In this document: piece after piece, positions 49,745-60,260 of the stretch
Layout: every line of letters begins with the position of its first letter
How positions within the stretch are numbered: position 1 is the stretch's first letter
Origin: an uncultured bacterium
GTDB lineage: Bacteria > Verrucomicrobiota > Verrucomicrobiia > Limisphaerales > UBA8199
DNA: 64,000 bases
Direction: 5' to 3'
NCBI GenBank assembly: GCA_963749495.1
Contig: CAVVMW010000010.1
Location: 256,001-320,000 of the forward strand
Translations under genes and position numbers: made by a program
The notes under the pieces: model-generated
Database searches by the model: none
Seen by the model: only the letters and a program-made list of their open reading frames with translations
Told to the model about the DNA's origin: nothing

Positions 49745-50221
49745 CTATCTCTCCACTCCGAACTTAAGAATGGTTGTGGAGTGGAAGACCTGGCCGGGGC
49801 GCAGGACGGTGGAGGGGAACTGGGGTTTGTTGGGCGAATCGGGGAAGTGCTGGGTTTCGAGGCAAATCCCGGCGTGTTGGGGGTAGGGGTAGCCGTTGGG
49901 GCCCTCGATGGAGCCTGTGGGGAAGTTGGCGCTGTAGATCTGAGTGACGTTGTCCAGGCGCCCGTTCCGGTCCGGTGTCTCGACCGAGCAGAGGATAGCG
50001 CCGTAAGTCATGACCTTGACCCGGACGCCATCGGGATTGCCGAGGGTGTAGAGCTCGACGGCTTGGCCGTCCTGGGTCTTGCCGAAGGGGGCCTGGCTGA
50101 TGCTCAAGGCGGCCGCACCGGCATCCGGCGCCCGCTCGGCGGCCCAGGCGGCACCCGCGCCGGCAAATGCGAGCAGGGCCATCGCTCCCAGCAGAGGAAA
50201 TCGCGCGTTCATACGGCGCAT
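49745..50221 (-). pseudogene. Aldose 1-epimerase (GalM-like) with a large in-frame internal deletion
   Basis: N-terminal FGKTQDGQAVELYTL..PDRNGRLDNV joined directly to QIYSANF..GICLETQHFPDSPN. Confidence 0.82.
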
Positions 50222-50286
50222 CCTGGCCCAACGGCCCGCGCCGATCAAGAACGGAGCGTGGCGGCATCGCCTGGCCGCATTTCGTG

Positions 50287-50447
50287 AGAACCCGTGAACT
50301 GGAAACGCGGAGAGGGAGGCGGAAAAATGGGGGCAGAAAAATGAAAAAGAAATTCATTTTTCTGCCCCCATCTTTCTGCCTGAACCCCTTCGGATTTGGG
50401 GTATTAGGGTCTGGCCTGACAGCTCTGGCGATTGTGTTGGCGGCGAG
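50287..50447. repeat. 161-bp repeat family C, intergenic copy
   Basis: Matches 42551-42711. Confidence 0.9.
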
Positions 50448-50549
50448 GCGGGCCACTACCCGGGAGCGGGGCTGCGAAGCACTGGAAATCCGAATCTGGC
50501 AGAAAGCTGATTTGGCAGAAAAATGGGGTCTTCCTGTTCTTCGGCCGCC

Positions 50550-51566
50550 TCAATTATTCTGTCCAGCGGCAGCGGCGGCGCGGGCCTTGGCCAGGAGGTC
50601 TTTGACCGACACCGGCGCTCCACCCTGGCGCTTGCTCGCATCCGCCGCTTCCATGAACGCAACCATTTCGATGGTTTCCTGGGCGCTGACCGGCGCCTGG
50701 CGGGTCTTGAAGAACCGCGCTATCTCCAGGCAGAGCTCCTCGTAGCCGTCCGAGTTGCCCGCCGGCACAATCGACTTGGTCCCGAATGCCACGGCGCCGA
50801 ATTCCTCCTTGTTGCGCAGCAGGCCGCGATAGGTCCCCACCCGCCCATCGGTCCAGACCCCGGTCAGGAGGTCCGCGTCGCCTGCATGGATGCGGGCGAC
50901 CGTTTCGCAGCCGGTGCCCATCAGGACGTAGAGCATCTCGATGCCGTGGATGCCGTAATAGAACATGTCCGGAAGCCCCTCCTGGTAGTGGCAAGAGCCC
51001 CAGGTATCGGCGCCGGCTATCCGGCCCAGGGCCTGGTTCTGCTTCAACTCGCGCAGGCTCGGGCTGAAGCGGAGCGACGAACTGGAGAAGCAGGGGACCC
51101 CCTGTTTCTGGGCCAGGTCGTAAATGGCAATCGCGTCCGCAAGCGAGCCGGCCACCGGTTTATCGATGAACAACGGCTTGCCGGCCCGGATCACCGGGAG
51201 GGCCTCCTGGCGGTGGATGCGGCCATCCACACTCTCGAGCAAGACCACGTCCACCTTCTCCAGCAACTTGGGGATTGAATCCACTATCTCGATGCCCATG
51301 CCGCGGAGGTCCTGGGTGAACCTTCCCACCCGGTTGCGGCTGTCCGGCAGGTCCGTCCCGCCGGGGTAGCCGACGACGACCTTGATGGCGGCCAGTTCGC
51401 TGCCCGGCTTGGCGTTGTTGAAGAGCTTGGCAAACGTCGGCACGTGCGAGGTGTCCAGCCCAATCATCCCCGCGCGCAGTGGCGCGCCGGGCGGCTCTTG
51501 AGCAGTGACAACCTGGAAGAGACAGAGATTTAATCCGGCCAGGATTCCATAGAGAGGCAAGTTCAT
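50550..51566 (-). CDS. Gfo/Idh/MocA family oxidoreductase, secreted
   Basis: GMIGLDTSH, ESVDGRIH, FIDKPVA, SSSSLRF, YYGIHGIE. Confidence 0.9.
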   Translation of the reverse strand: MNLPLYGILAGLNLCLFQVVTAQEPPGAPLRAGMIGLDTSHVPTFAKLFNNAKPGSELAAIKVVVGYPGGTDLPDSRNRVGRFTQDLRGMGIEIVDSIPKLLEKVDVVLLESVDGRIHRQEALPVIRAGKPLFIDKPVAGSLADAIAIYDLAQKQGVPCFSSSSLRFSPSLRELKQNQALGRIAGADTWGSCHYQEGLPDMFYYGIHGIEMLYVLMGTGCETVARIHAGDADLLTGVWTDGRVGTYRGLLRNKEEFGAVAFGTKSIVPAGNSDGYEELCLEIARFFKTRQAPVSAQETIEMVAFMEAADASKRQGGAPVSVKDLLAKARAAAAAGQNN

Positions 51567-51652
51567 AGTCAGTGTGTGTCAATGCTTGACGGTTTGGCGG
51601 GCCGGCGTATTCAGGTAAGGCATCAGCGAAGGCGGGAGCGACTGCGGGCGGA

Positions 51653-51797
51653 CCCCTCACCCCAGCCCTCTCCCCATCGGATGGGGAGAGGGAGAATTCT
51701 CGGTAGCGTTTTGAGGAAGCGGTGGCCTCTGCAATTCCCAGCCACTGCCGACGCTTCTCCCTCTCCCCTTCGGAAGGGGAGAGGGTTGGGGTGAGGG
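51653..51797. repeat. Family A element
   Basis: Colinear with 37551-37695. Confidence 0.9.
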
Positions 51798-51892
51798 CTT
51801 CGCCGCGGACTCCGTCTCCACCTTCATGGACCGGGTGCGTGTTCAGGCTGAATGGGCTTGCCCCGTGCCTGCACTTGGTTTACGAACCGGCG

Positions 51893-53188
51893 GTGCTCTT
51901 GAAAACGATCCTCGGTTGCCTCGCCGTGTCGAGCCTTGTCTTGATGCTCTGGCAATGGCTGGTAGCGCGGCGTTTCCCGCTGCACCGGCGGGTGCCGGCG
52001 CCTTCGTTTTTCCCGGCCGTCACCCTGCTCAAGCCGCTCAAGGGGTGTGACGAGACGACCGAGTCGAGCCTGCGGAGTTGGCTGGCGCAGGAGTATCCGG
52101 GGCCGGTGCAGATGCTGTTCGGGGTGGCCGATGCGCAGGACCCGGTCTGCGAAATCGTGCGCGGCCTGCTCGAGGCCTCCCCGGCCGCCAAGGCGCGGCT
52201 GGTCGTTTGCGGCCCGCTCCAGGGAGTGAACCTCAAGGCGTCGAAGCTGGCGGAGCTCGAGCGCCTGGCGGCGCACGAGGTGCTGGTCATCAGCGACGCG
52301 GACGTGCGCGTGCCGCCGGATTGCCTGGTGAACGTCGTGGCGCCGTTGCGCGAGGCGGAGGTGGGCCTGGTGAATTGTCTCTACCGGCTGGCCAATCCCA
52401 CCACCCTGGCGATGCGCTGGGAGGCAGTGGCAACCAATGCGGATTTCTGGAGCCAGGTGCTGCAGGCCCGCAGCCTCAAGCCCCTGGACTTTGCCCTGGG
52501 CGCCGTTATTGCCACGCGGCGGCAGCAGCTCCAAGAAATCGGCGGCTTCCAGGCCCTGGCTGACTGCCTGGCCGACGATTACCAACTGGGCCACCGCATC
52601 GCCCGGCGCGGCTACCGCATCGCCCTGTCGCCCGTCGTGGCCGAGTGCTGGTCTGGGACGCTCGGCTGGGCGGCGGTCTGGAAGCACCAATTGCGCTGGG
52701 CCCGGACGATTCGCGTCTGCCAGCCGGCGCCCTACTTCCTGAGCATCCTGAGCAACCCGACCCTCTGGCCGCTGCTCTATGTGGCGGCCAATCCGACGGC
52801 CCCGGCCCTGGTCTTCGGCCTGGGCTGCTGGCTGGCGCGCATGGCGGCTGCGATGGATTTGCAAGCGAGGATTAGTCCACAGTCCACAGTCCATCCACCC
52901 TCCGTAGCAGAGCTACTGCGGAGGACGGGCAGTCCACACTCCGCGTCGGCCTCCGCCTCTCCCACTTCCGACCTCCGTCCTCCGGTCTCCGACCTCCGGC
53001 CTCCGGCCTCCGACCTCCGGCCTCCGGCCTCCGACCTCCGGCCTCCGGCCTCCGGCGCATGGCTGGTGCTGCTCAAGGACGGGCTGCAGGTCGCGATTTG
53101 GGCGCTCGCCTTCACCGGCAACCGCATCGAGTGGCGCGGCCAGAAGCTGCGGCTGCGTCGGGATGGTACGCTCGAGCAGAAAGGCTGA
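51893..53188 (+). CDS. hpnI: HpnI-like / ceramide glucosyltransferase-type glycosyltransferase
   Basis: LLKPLKG, ISDADV, LADDYQLG, HQLRWARTIR, IEWRG; repeat insertion at 52874-53056. Confidence 0.8.
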   Translation: MLLKTILGCLAVSSLVLMLWQWLVARRFPLHRRVPAPSFFPAVTLLKPLKGCDETTESSLRSWLAQEYPGPVQMLFGVADAQDPVCEIVRGLLEASPAAKARLVVCGPLQGVNLKASKLAELERLAAHEVLVISDADVRVPPDCLVNVVAPLREAEVGLVNCLYRLANPTTLAMRWEAVATNADFWSQVLQARSLKPLDFALGAVIATRRQQLQEIGGFQALADCLADDYQLGHRIARRGYRIALSPVVAECWSGTLGWAAVWKHQLRWARTIRVCQPAPYFLSILSNPTLWPLLYVAANPTAPALVFGLGCWLARMAAAMDLQARISPQSTVHPPSVAELLRRTGSPHSASASASPTSDLRPPVSDLRPPASDLRPPASDLRPPASGAWLVLLKDGLQVAIWALAFTGNRIEWRGQKLRLRRDGTLEQKG

Positions 53189-53335
53189 AGGCTAAAGGCT
53201 GAAGGCTAAAGGGAGACCCCGCGCCAGACCTGCCGTCCCTCCGGTTTCACGTTTCACGTTTCACGTTTCACTCCCCCGCCTTGGGACCTTTAGCCTTTAG
53301 CCTTTAGCCTTTAGCCTTCAGCCTGTAGCCTTTAG
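53181..53335. repeat. Facing AGGCTRA arrays with an internal (TTTCACG)n array between convergent genes
   Basis: aaggctgaaggctaaagg... and ...cctttagcctttagccttcagcc. Confidence 0.88.
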
Positions 53336-54601
53336 TTCCCACGGGCTGCGCATCGGGCGGGTGAGCATGGCGTTGGCGGATTCGTCATTGTCGAACCGTT
53401 CGGCCTCGGGGTCCCATTTGAGCTTGCGTCCGACCCGGAGGGCGATGTTGGCGAGGTGGCAGACGGAGGAGACGCGGTGGCCAATATCGACGGGGAAGTA
53501 GGGGTCTTTGCGGCTCTTGACGCACTTGAGGAAGTCGTCGTGCTCGCCTTCGAGGTTTGTGTAGAGGTGGAGGTCGGTGGGGTCGATGGGCGAATTGAGG
53601 ATTTGGTCGGAGCTGGCCTCGACTTTGGCGCGCCAGCCGCGGTTGCCGACCCAGCCGTCGGTGCCGATGAATTTGATGCCGGGGTTGCCCGGGTTGCAGG
53701 TCATGACGACGCCGTTGGCGTAGCGGTAGGTGACGCTATAGTCTTTGACGGTGTTGAAGAGGCCGCCTTCCCAATGGTTGCCGGTGGCCTCGATCTCGAC
53801 GGGGCCGGTGCGCTCGGTGTCGTTGGCCCATTGGGCGGTATCGAAGAGGTGGGCGCCCCAGTCGCAGATGATGCCGCCGGAGTAATCCCAGATCCAACGG
53901 AAGTTGAAATGGACGCGGTCCTTGGTGTAGGGCGCGAACGGGGCGGGGCCGAGCCACATTTCATAATCCAGCCCGGGCGGGACCGGCTGGGGCGTCGGGT
54001 CGCCGGGGAAGGTCGGCTGGCGGGGGAGGATGACTTCGATCTTCTGGAGCTTGCCGATGCGGCCATTGCGCACCAACTCGGCCATCCGGTGGTACTCCGG
54101 CAGGGACCGGTCCTCGGTGCTGGTCTGGAAGACCTTGCCGAGTTGGCGCATGGTCTGGATCAAGAGCTTGCCTTCGCCAATGGTCAGTGTCGGCTTCTCG
54201 CATTGCACGTCTTTGCCCGCCCGCGCCGCCATGACGCTGATGAGCGTGTGCCAGTGGTCCGGGGTCGAGATCATCACGGCATCGATGTCCTTGCGGGCCA
54301 GGATGTCGCGAAAGTCCTTGGTCATGGCGCAATCCTCGTTGTCATATTTCGCGTCCACAATCATTTTGGCCCGCCGCATGCGGGCGCTGTCCACATCGCA
54401 GACCACCAGCACCCTGGCCGCGCTGAGTTCGATGTAGCGTTGCAGGTTCCAGTCAATGCCATGGCTGCCCGTGCCGATGAAGCCGATGGTGATTTTATTG
54501 CTGGGAGCGTCCGCGCCCAGGACCGATGCCGGAACGATACAGGGCAGGGCCACGCCGGCCGCTGCCGTGCGCACGAATTGCCGCCTGGTGATTCTCTTCA
54601 T
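53318..54601 (-). CDS. Tat-exported Gfo/Idh/MocA oxidoreductase
   Basis: TRRQFV, STPDHWH, CEKP, WLGPAP, DWGAHLFD. Confidence 0.93.
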   Translation of the reverse strand: MKRITRRQFVRTAAAGVALPCIVPASVLGADAPSNKITIGFIGTGSHGIDWNLQRYIELSAARVLVVCDVDSARMRRAKMIVDAKYDNEDCAMTKDFRDILARKDIDAVMISTPDHWHTLISVMAARAGKDVQCEKPTLTIGEGKLLIQTMRQLGKVFQTSTEDRSLPEYHRMAELVRNGRIGKLQKIEVILPRQPTFPGDPTPQPVPPGLDYEMWLGPAPFAPYTKDRVHFNFRWIWDYSGGIICDWGAHLFDTAQWANDTERTGPVEIEATGNHWEGGLFNTVKDYSVTYRYANGVVMTCNPGNPGIKFIGTDGWVGNRGWRAKVEASSDQILNSPIDPTDLHLYTNLEGEHDDFLKCVKSRKDPYFPVDIGHRVSSVCHLANIALRVGRKLKWDPEAERFDNDESANAMLTRPMRSPWELKATG

Positions 54602-54709
54602 AGTTGCCTCGACTGCACGTTATGGATTGGTTTGCGCGCCCAACAAAATCATTCGGTTGCAGGAAGACAAGCAAAATCATTATTGGCAAAATCATGGGAT
54701 GGGGGTCCA

Positions 54710-54791
54710 CGGTTCAGGGTTCAGGGTTCACGGTTGAGGGTTTAAGGTTCAGGGTTCAGGGTTCACGTTTCACGTTTCACGTTTCACGTTC
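54710..54791. repeat. Heptamer arrays (GGTTCAG)n then (TTTCACG)n
   Basis: Read directly from the sequence. Confidence 0.85.
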
Positions 54792-54863
54792 CATTCTCCC
54801 TCGTATTTCTCCTTGAGCGCGCCCGGGGAATGTCCGAGTGTTGAGCCTGGAGCGCGCCAACCT

Positions 54864-55913
54864 ATGGACCCGCGCCGTGAATTCGAGACGCTGCTGTCGG
54901 GCCCGGGGCCGATGCTGGCCCTGGCCCCGATGCAGGACGTGACGGACCTGCCCTTCTGGCGCTTGCTCAGCGCCTATGGCGGGGCCGATCTCTATTTCAC
55001 CGAGTACTTCCGCGTCCACGCCACCTCGATCCTCGACAAGCGCATCCTCAAGTCGGTGACCGAAAACCCCACCGGCCGCCCGGTCATCGCCCAGATGATC
55101 GGCCACGACGTGGCCGCGCTCGTCCGCACCGCGCGCGAGTTGCAGTGCTACCCGGTGGCCGCAGTGGACCTCAACCTCGGCTGCCCCGCCCCGGTGGTCT
55201 ATCGCAAGTGCGCCGGCGGCGGCTTGCTGCGCGAGCCCAAACGGGTGGACTCCATCCTCGGCGCACTGCGCGACGCCGTCAAAATCCGGTTCACCGTCAA
55301 GACCCGCGTCGGCTTCGATTCGCCCGAGGTGTTTTCGGAGTTGCTGCCCATCTTCGCCCGGCACGCGCTGGACTTGCTCACCGTCCACGGCCGGACGGTC
55401 CGCGAGATGTATCGCAGCCCGGTGCGCTACGACCTCATCGCGCGCGCGGCGGCCGAGATGCGGTGCCCGGTCCTGGCCAATGGCAACATCTATTCGGCCC
55501 AAAAAGCGGCCGAGGTGCTGCAAACCACCGGCGCGCGCGGGCTCATGATCGGCCGCGGCGCCATTCGCAACCCGTGGCTGTTCCGGCAGATTCGGCAGCG
55601 CCAGCGCGGCGAGCCGCCCTTGGTCCCGCGCGGCCGCGATGTCCTGGGCTATGTGCGGGCGCTCTACCAGGCCGTGTGCGACCCCGGCGCGCGCGAATCC
55701 TCCCAAGTGCAGCGGATGAAAAAATACATGAATTACCTGGGCCTGGGCGCCGAGCCGACCGGCCAGTTCCTCCACCGCATCCGCCGCGCCAGCACCCAGG
55801 CGGAGTTCTTCGGCACGTGCGAAGAGTTCCTCGACCACGACCACCCCATGCCTCTGGAGCCGTTCCCCCTCGACCTGCACGAGGCCGATGTGGTGGCGGG
55901 GGAGCAGAGGTGA
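54864..55913 (+). CDS. tRNA-dihydrouridine synthase family protein
   Basis: LAPMQDVTD, DLNLGCP, TVKTRVG, TVHGRT, ANGNI, MIGRGA. Confidence 0.93.
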   Translation: MDPRREFETLLSGPGPMLALAPMQDVTDLPFWRLLSAYGGADLYFTEYFRVHATSILDKRILKSVTENPTGRPVIAQMIGHDVAALVRTARELQCYPVAAVDLNLGCPAPVVYRKCAGGGLLREPKRVDSILGALRDAVKIRFTVKTRVGFDSPEVFSELLPIFARHALDLLTVHGRTVREMYRSPVRYDLIARAAAEMRCPVLANGNIYSAQKAAEVLQTTGARGLMIGRGAIRNPWLFRQIRQRQRGEPPLVPRGRDVLGYVRALYQAVCDPGARESSQVQRMKKYMNYLGLGAEPTGQFLHRIRRASTQAEFFGTCEEFLDHDHPMPLEPFPLDLHEADVVAGEQR

Positions 55914-55943
55914 ACTCAATCGAACGACGCAACACTGACACAA

Positions 55944-56025
55944 CCTTTGTCGCACCCTTTGTCGGGTCCTTTGTCGAGAACGGGTGCCTTCGACAAAGGT
56001 TGCGACAAAGGCCGCGACGAAGGTT
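55944..56025. repeat. Family G repeat between convergent genes
   Basis: cctttgtcg x3 ... cgacaaagg / cgacgaagg x3. Confidence 0.85.
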
Positions 56026-56065
56026 CGAAATCCGTATAAGGAGCTTTCATGACGTGGAGCACTCT

Positions 56066-56494
56066 TTATCCGTATCGGTATGGCCGTGACATGGGGAAGG
56101 CGTTGGGCAAGTGGCGCACTTCTTTCACGGCGCCATCGGCCAGAAGGACTTCCACAATGTCGAAGCGGACCTTTACGGCCGGTTGGCGGAGCAGGCCCAG
56201 GTAGTCAAGCCCCGCGCGCGTCAACCGCCAGCGGCGCTCGGCATCGACGGCCGACGCGGGCCGGCCCCATTCCTCCGAGGAACGCGCCTTGACCTCGACG
56301 AAGACCAGGCAGTCCACGTCGCGAAAGACCAGGTCGATCTCGCCGCGCGGGGTGCGGAAGTTGGCGGTGAGGAACTTGAGGCCGTGCCGTTTGAGGTGCC
56401 GTTTGGCGGCGCGTTCGCCGAGCAGGCCATAGCGTAAATGCGCCGGTCGCGGCGGCTTGGTCCACCAGGCAAGCAGGCGCGAGAGCAGATTCAT
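56066..56494 (-). CDS. YraN family (UPF0102) endonuclease-like protein
   Basis: GERAA, NFRTPRGEIDLV, VFVEVKAR, RFDIVEV. Confidence 0.93.
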   Translation of the reverse strand: MNLLSRLLAWWTKPPRPAHLRYGLLGERAAKRHLKRHGLKFLTANFRTPRGEIDLVFRDVDCLVFVEVKARSSEEWGRPASAVDAERRWRLTRAGLDYLGLLRQPAVKVRFDIVEVLLADGAVKEVRHLPNAFPMSRPYRYG

Positions 56495-56516
56495 CCTGCA
56501 CCCGGCAGTTGAGGTT

Positions 56517-56647
56517 TTTCAACCACGGATGAACACGGATGCACACGGATGCGAAGACTGTTCGAGCGCCTCACGCAATGGGTGAGTGCCCGTCGTCTCG
56601 GTTCTGCTTCGAATCCGTGTCGATCCGTGTTCATCCGTGGTTGAAAC
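56517..56647. repeat. Inverted CACGGAT arrays (family H)
   Basis: tttcaaccacggatgaacacggat ... atccgtgttcatccgtggttgaaa. Confidence 0.85.
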
Positions 56648-56731
56648 AGCGTTTTCAGCCCGCTTCCGCTGGCGCAAATCATTTTGCTCGCCTGCCCGGC
56701 ACCTTCTATAACTGCGGCGGTCACAAGACAA

Positions 56732-57667
56732 ATGAAATCGGCCCTGGAAAACGGCGAGACAGCCCGCAGGAAGTGCCCGGTGTGCGGCGGCGTCCAGGCG
56801 CGGCTGCGCCTGGAAAAGGCCGGCCTGCGCCTGGTGCGCTGCGCGCTCTGCTCGATGGTCTATGCCGATTCTGCGCCCCCCGAGTTCGCCTCGGGCCGCT
56901 ATTACGACCAGGCCGGCACGGAGTATTATCTCTCTGCGGCGAAGCTGGAGGGGGACTACGCCCCCGCGCGGTTCGAGCGCGAGCTGTGCCTCTTGCGCAG
57001 GCATTGCCCGCGCGGCCGCGTGCTGGACGTTGGCTGTTCCTCGGGGGCGTTCCTGTTCCAGTTGAAAAGCCGATTCCCCGCGGACTACGAAATCCTGGGA
57101 ACCGACGTGAGCGGGGCGCCGCTGGACTATGCGGAGTCGCGGGGGGTCCCCGTGGCGCGCGGCGATTTCCTGGCCCAGGATTTCGATTCGGGCGGCCGGC
57201 CATTCGACGCTGTCACCTTTTGGGCTGTGCTCGAGCACCTGGCCCAGCCGGGGGCATTTCTCGAGCGGGCCTGGTCGGCGCTCGGGCCGGCGGGGCTTTG
57301 CTTTGTGCTGGTGCCCAACCTGGACTCGCTGGCTATGCGGTTGTTGGGCGCGCGCTACCGCTACGTGTACGCGCAGCACCTGAACTATTTCACTCAGGAC
57401 ACACTGCGGCGGCTGGCGCAGGCGCGGTTCCGCGTGGTCGAGACCCGCTTCACCCATTTCAACCCGGTGGTGCTCTGGCAGGACTGGCGGCGGGGCCCGG
57501 CGGAAGTCTCCAACCCGGAACGCGCCGCCCTGCTCCAGCGCACCACCGCCTGGAAGCAGAACCCCCGGCTGGCGCCGCTCCGGGCCCTTTACCGGCTGGC
57601 CGAGCGGACCCTCGGCGCGTTTGGCCTGGCGGACAATGTGGCCATGGTGATGAGGAAAGGCGGCTAA
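56732..57667 (+). CDS. Class I SAM-dependent methyltransferase with N-terminal zinc ribbon
   Basis: CPVC..CALC, VLDVGCSSG, WAVLEH, HLNYF. Confidence 0.9.
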   Translation: MKSALENGETARRKCPVCGGVQARLRLEKAGLRLVRCALCSMVYADSAPPEFASGRYYDQAGTEYYLSAAKLEGDYAPARFERELCLLRRHCPRGRVLDVGCSSGAFLFQLKSRFPADYEILGTDVSGAPLDYAESRGVPVARGDFLAQDFDSGGRPFDAVTFWAVLEHLAQPGAFLERAWSALGPAGLCFVLVPNLDSLAMRLLGARYRYVYAQHLNYFTQDTLRRLAQARFRVVETRFTHFNPVVLWQDWRRGPAEVSNPERAALLQRTTAWKQNPRLAPLRALYRLAERTLGAFGLADNVAMVMRKGG

Positions 57668-57760
57668 AGGCTAAAGGCTAAAGGCTAAAGGCTGAAGGCA
57701 GGGGCGTGAACCCTGAACCGTGAAACCGAGAAGGCCAAGAGCTAAAGGCTGAAGGCTGAA
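57656..57760. repeat. AGGCTRA heptamer arrays
   Basis: Begin at the methyltransferase stop; similar array at 59193-59232. Confidence 0.85.
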
Positions 57761-57819
57761 TTACGCGGGACGGCCGTGCCGGCTTGACTGATACCGTATA
57801 TGCGCATAAGGGTTTGTTC

Positions 57820-59195
57820 GTGCGAATTACCAATCTCAATCCGGGTGCGGCCATCGGCGCCTCGGCCTGGTTCGTCGAGCTGGAGGGCCATCGGCTGCTG
57901 ATGGACGCCGGCATCGATCCCAAGAGCGAGGGGCGCGAGAGCCTGCCGCGGTACGACCTGGTCAAGGGGGAGGAGCTCGATGCGATAGCGATTTCGCATT
58001 GCCATCACGATCACGTGGGGTCGCTCCCGGTGGCGCTGCGTTACTTTCCCCAGGCCCATGTCCTGATGAGCGAATTGAGCTATTTCCTGGTCGAACGCGT
58101 GCTCCACAACTCGGTCAACGTGATGAAGCGCCAGCGCGACGAGCTGGGCATCCGGGAATACCCGCTCTTCAGCCACGACGAGGTGGACGACATCGCCCCG
58201 CGATTCGAGGGATTCAAATACAATCGCGAGATCGACTGGGCGGCCTTTCACAAGACCCGCGCCGGGTTCCTGTCGCCGACGCTGGAGTTCTACGATGCCG
58301 GGCATGCCTTGGGTTCTGCGGGCCTGATGGTGCGCGGGCAGCGGGAGACGCTCTTTTACACCGGGGACGTCTGTTTCCACGACCAGACGCTTCTGAGGAG
58401 CGCGCGGTTCGAGGACGTGCAAGCGCGGGTGCTGCTGATGGAGACCACGCGCGGCAACCGGGACCTGCCGCCGGGGGTCACGCGCCAGACGGAGATTGCG
58501 CGGCTGCGCCAGGCCATCGTTCACGCCCTGGCTGCCAAACGCTCGATCCTCATCCCAACCTTCGCCCTGGGACGCACACAGGAAATCCTGGCCCTGCTGG
58601 CCCTGATGGTCGGCGAACGCCAACTCAAACCCCAGCCCATCTTCATCGGCGGCCTGGGCCGCGTCTTCACCGAGATCTACGACCTGGAATCCCATCGCGC
58701 TCATCGCCAATACCCCAACCTCCAGTTGCACGAGGCCCTCAACCTCGTCGTCCTCGAACAAGGCCAGGCCGACAAGATGAAGCTGGGCGGCGGGCGCATC
58801 TTCGTCATGACCGCCGGCATGATGAGCGAGAACACCCCCGCCCACGACCTGGCCGCCCGCATGGCCGGCGACGAACACCAGGCCATCTTCTTCGTCGGCT
58901 ACACCGACCCCGATACCCCCGGCGGCCGCCTCCGCGCCGCCAGAAAGGGCGAGACGGTCCTCTTTAGCCCCATGGCCGGCAAAGTCACGCGCCGCTGCCA
59001 GATCGAGGACTTTGACCTCACCGCCCACGCCAACCGCAGGGACATGCTCGATTTCGTCAGCCAGGTCGAGCCCCGCGTGGTCCTGCTCACTCACGGCGAC
59101 CAGGACTCTCGCGACTGGTTCGAGAAGCAATCCGCGCCCGCCACCCCAGGACCAAGATCCTCCAGCCTAAACCGGGAGAAACGCTTGAGGTCTAA
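57820..59195 (+). CDS. Metallo-beta-lactamase / beta-CASP ribonuclease-like protein, frameshift near 59130
   Basis: SHCHHDHVG, AGHALGSA, FALGRTQE, TAHAN, LTHGD; corrected end IRARHPRTKILQPKPGETLEV*. Confidence 0.88.
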
Positions 59196-59334
59196 GGCTA
59201 AAGGCTGAAGGCTAAAGGCTAAAGGCTAAAGGTAGAAGGCGGCGCGCGCCAAACCCCAATCTGCGGCGTGCAGAGCAGGGTTGAGACAAAGGGCGCGAGA
59301 CAAAGTGACTTTTCAGGTGTGGGGCAGACCTCTG

Positions 59335-60160
59335 GTCTGCCGGTCTGGGTCTTCGAAGTACCTGTAGGGTTTGGTGATCCGGCCTTTCAAAAAGCCGCTT
59401 TGTGTAGCGCTCTTAATGATGTCGTTTGCCGCTTCGACAATCACGCGCGTACAGCGCGAGCAATACGGGAGGGTGAAAGCTGCGTAGTCATTGTGCGCGT
59501 ACCTGCCTCGGATAAAGTCAGGGCTCGCACCTTTAAGGTCGCCGTACAGTGCCTGGTCGTCGTCTCCAACCAGAAGGACGGGGCTTCGCTCAGCGAGAAG
59601 ATCAATGAGCGATACCTCAAGTTTATTGAAGTCCTGGAACTCATCTACGACAACCTGGCCGTAAGCCGGTATTTTATCTCTGCGTTTCTCCCAGTACTTT
59701 ACGAGAGCGAATACGATGTCGGAGAAGCCATAATATCCATAGTAACGCTTCCGATTCCTGTAGAACCCTATATGCTCGTTACCGTCTTCCCTGTTGTGAA
59801 ATATGTGGTCGAAATCAACATCCGCGTTCAGGAGCATTCGAGCATCCTCCCTTACGACATTCGAGAGCTTGGGGAAAATGTTGGCCTCGATCTGGGCAGC
59901 CTTACTAAGGGCGCTACGAGCGTAAGAATGCAAAGTCCGAACCTCGGACAAGCCGCACAGCTCCAACGATAGATCGTCAACAAGAGCGTTGACGAACGTG
60001 AGCGTGAGGGTGTTTTTCTTGCCTTCTAGCATTCCTCTGAAGAGAAAGGTCTTACCCGTCCCCGGGCCAGCCACCACTATCTTCTTCCTGGCCGCTGAGG
60101 CTACAACGGCCCGAACGTGACTGTCCCTGTCGCTGTTCGATTTGGCGTAATAGTCCGCCT
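59335..60160 (-). pseudogene. N-terminal half of a UvrD-like (SF1) ATPase/helicase, cut off by a palindromic repeat
   Basis: AGPGTGKT, LTFVN, TLHSY, VDEFQDFN, VGDDDQALY; lower GC; ends at ggcagacctctggtctgcc. Confidence 0.75.
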
Positions 60161-60260
60161 GGTGGCGTTGGCTTTCCGGAGGGCGAAAGGGACTTTGAGC
60201 TGGGGTCGCTCGTGCCGACATGGCCGCTGCTTCGGGGCGTGGCATGGGTGTTGGATAGGG

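Noticed and set aside
59313..60245. Gabija GajB assignment for the UvrD-like gene
   Set aside because: No OLD/TOPRIM GajA partner is visible and the gene is truncated; only a general SF1 call is supportable
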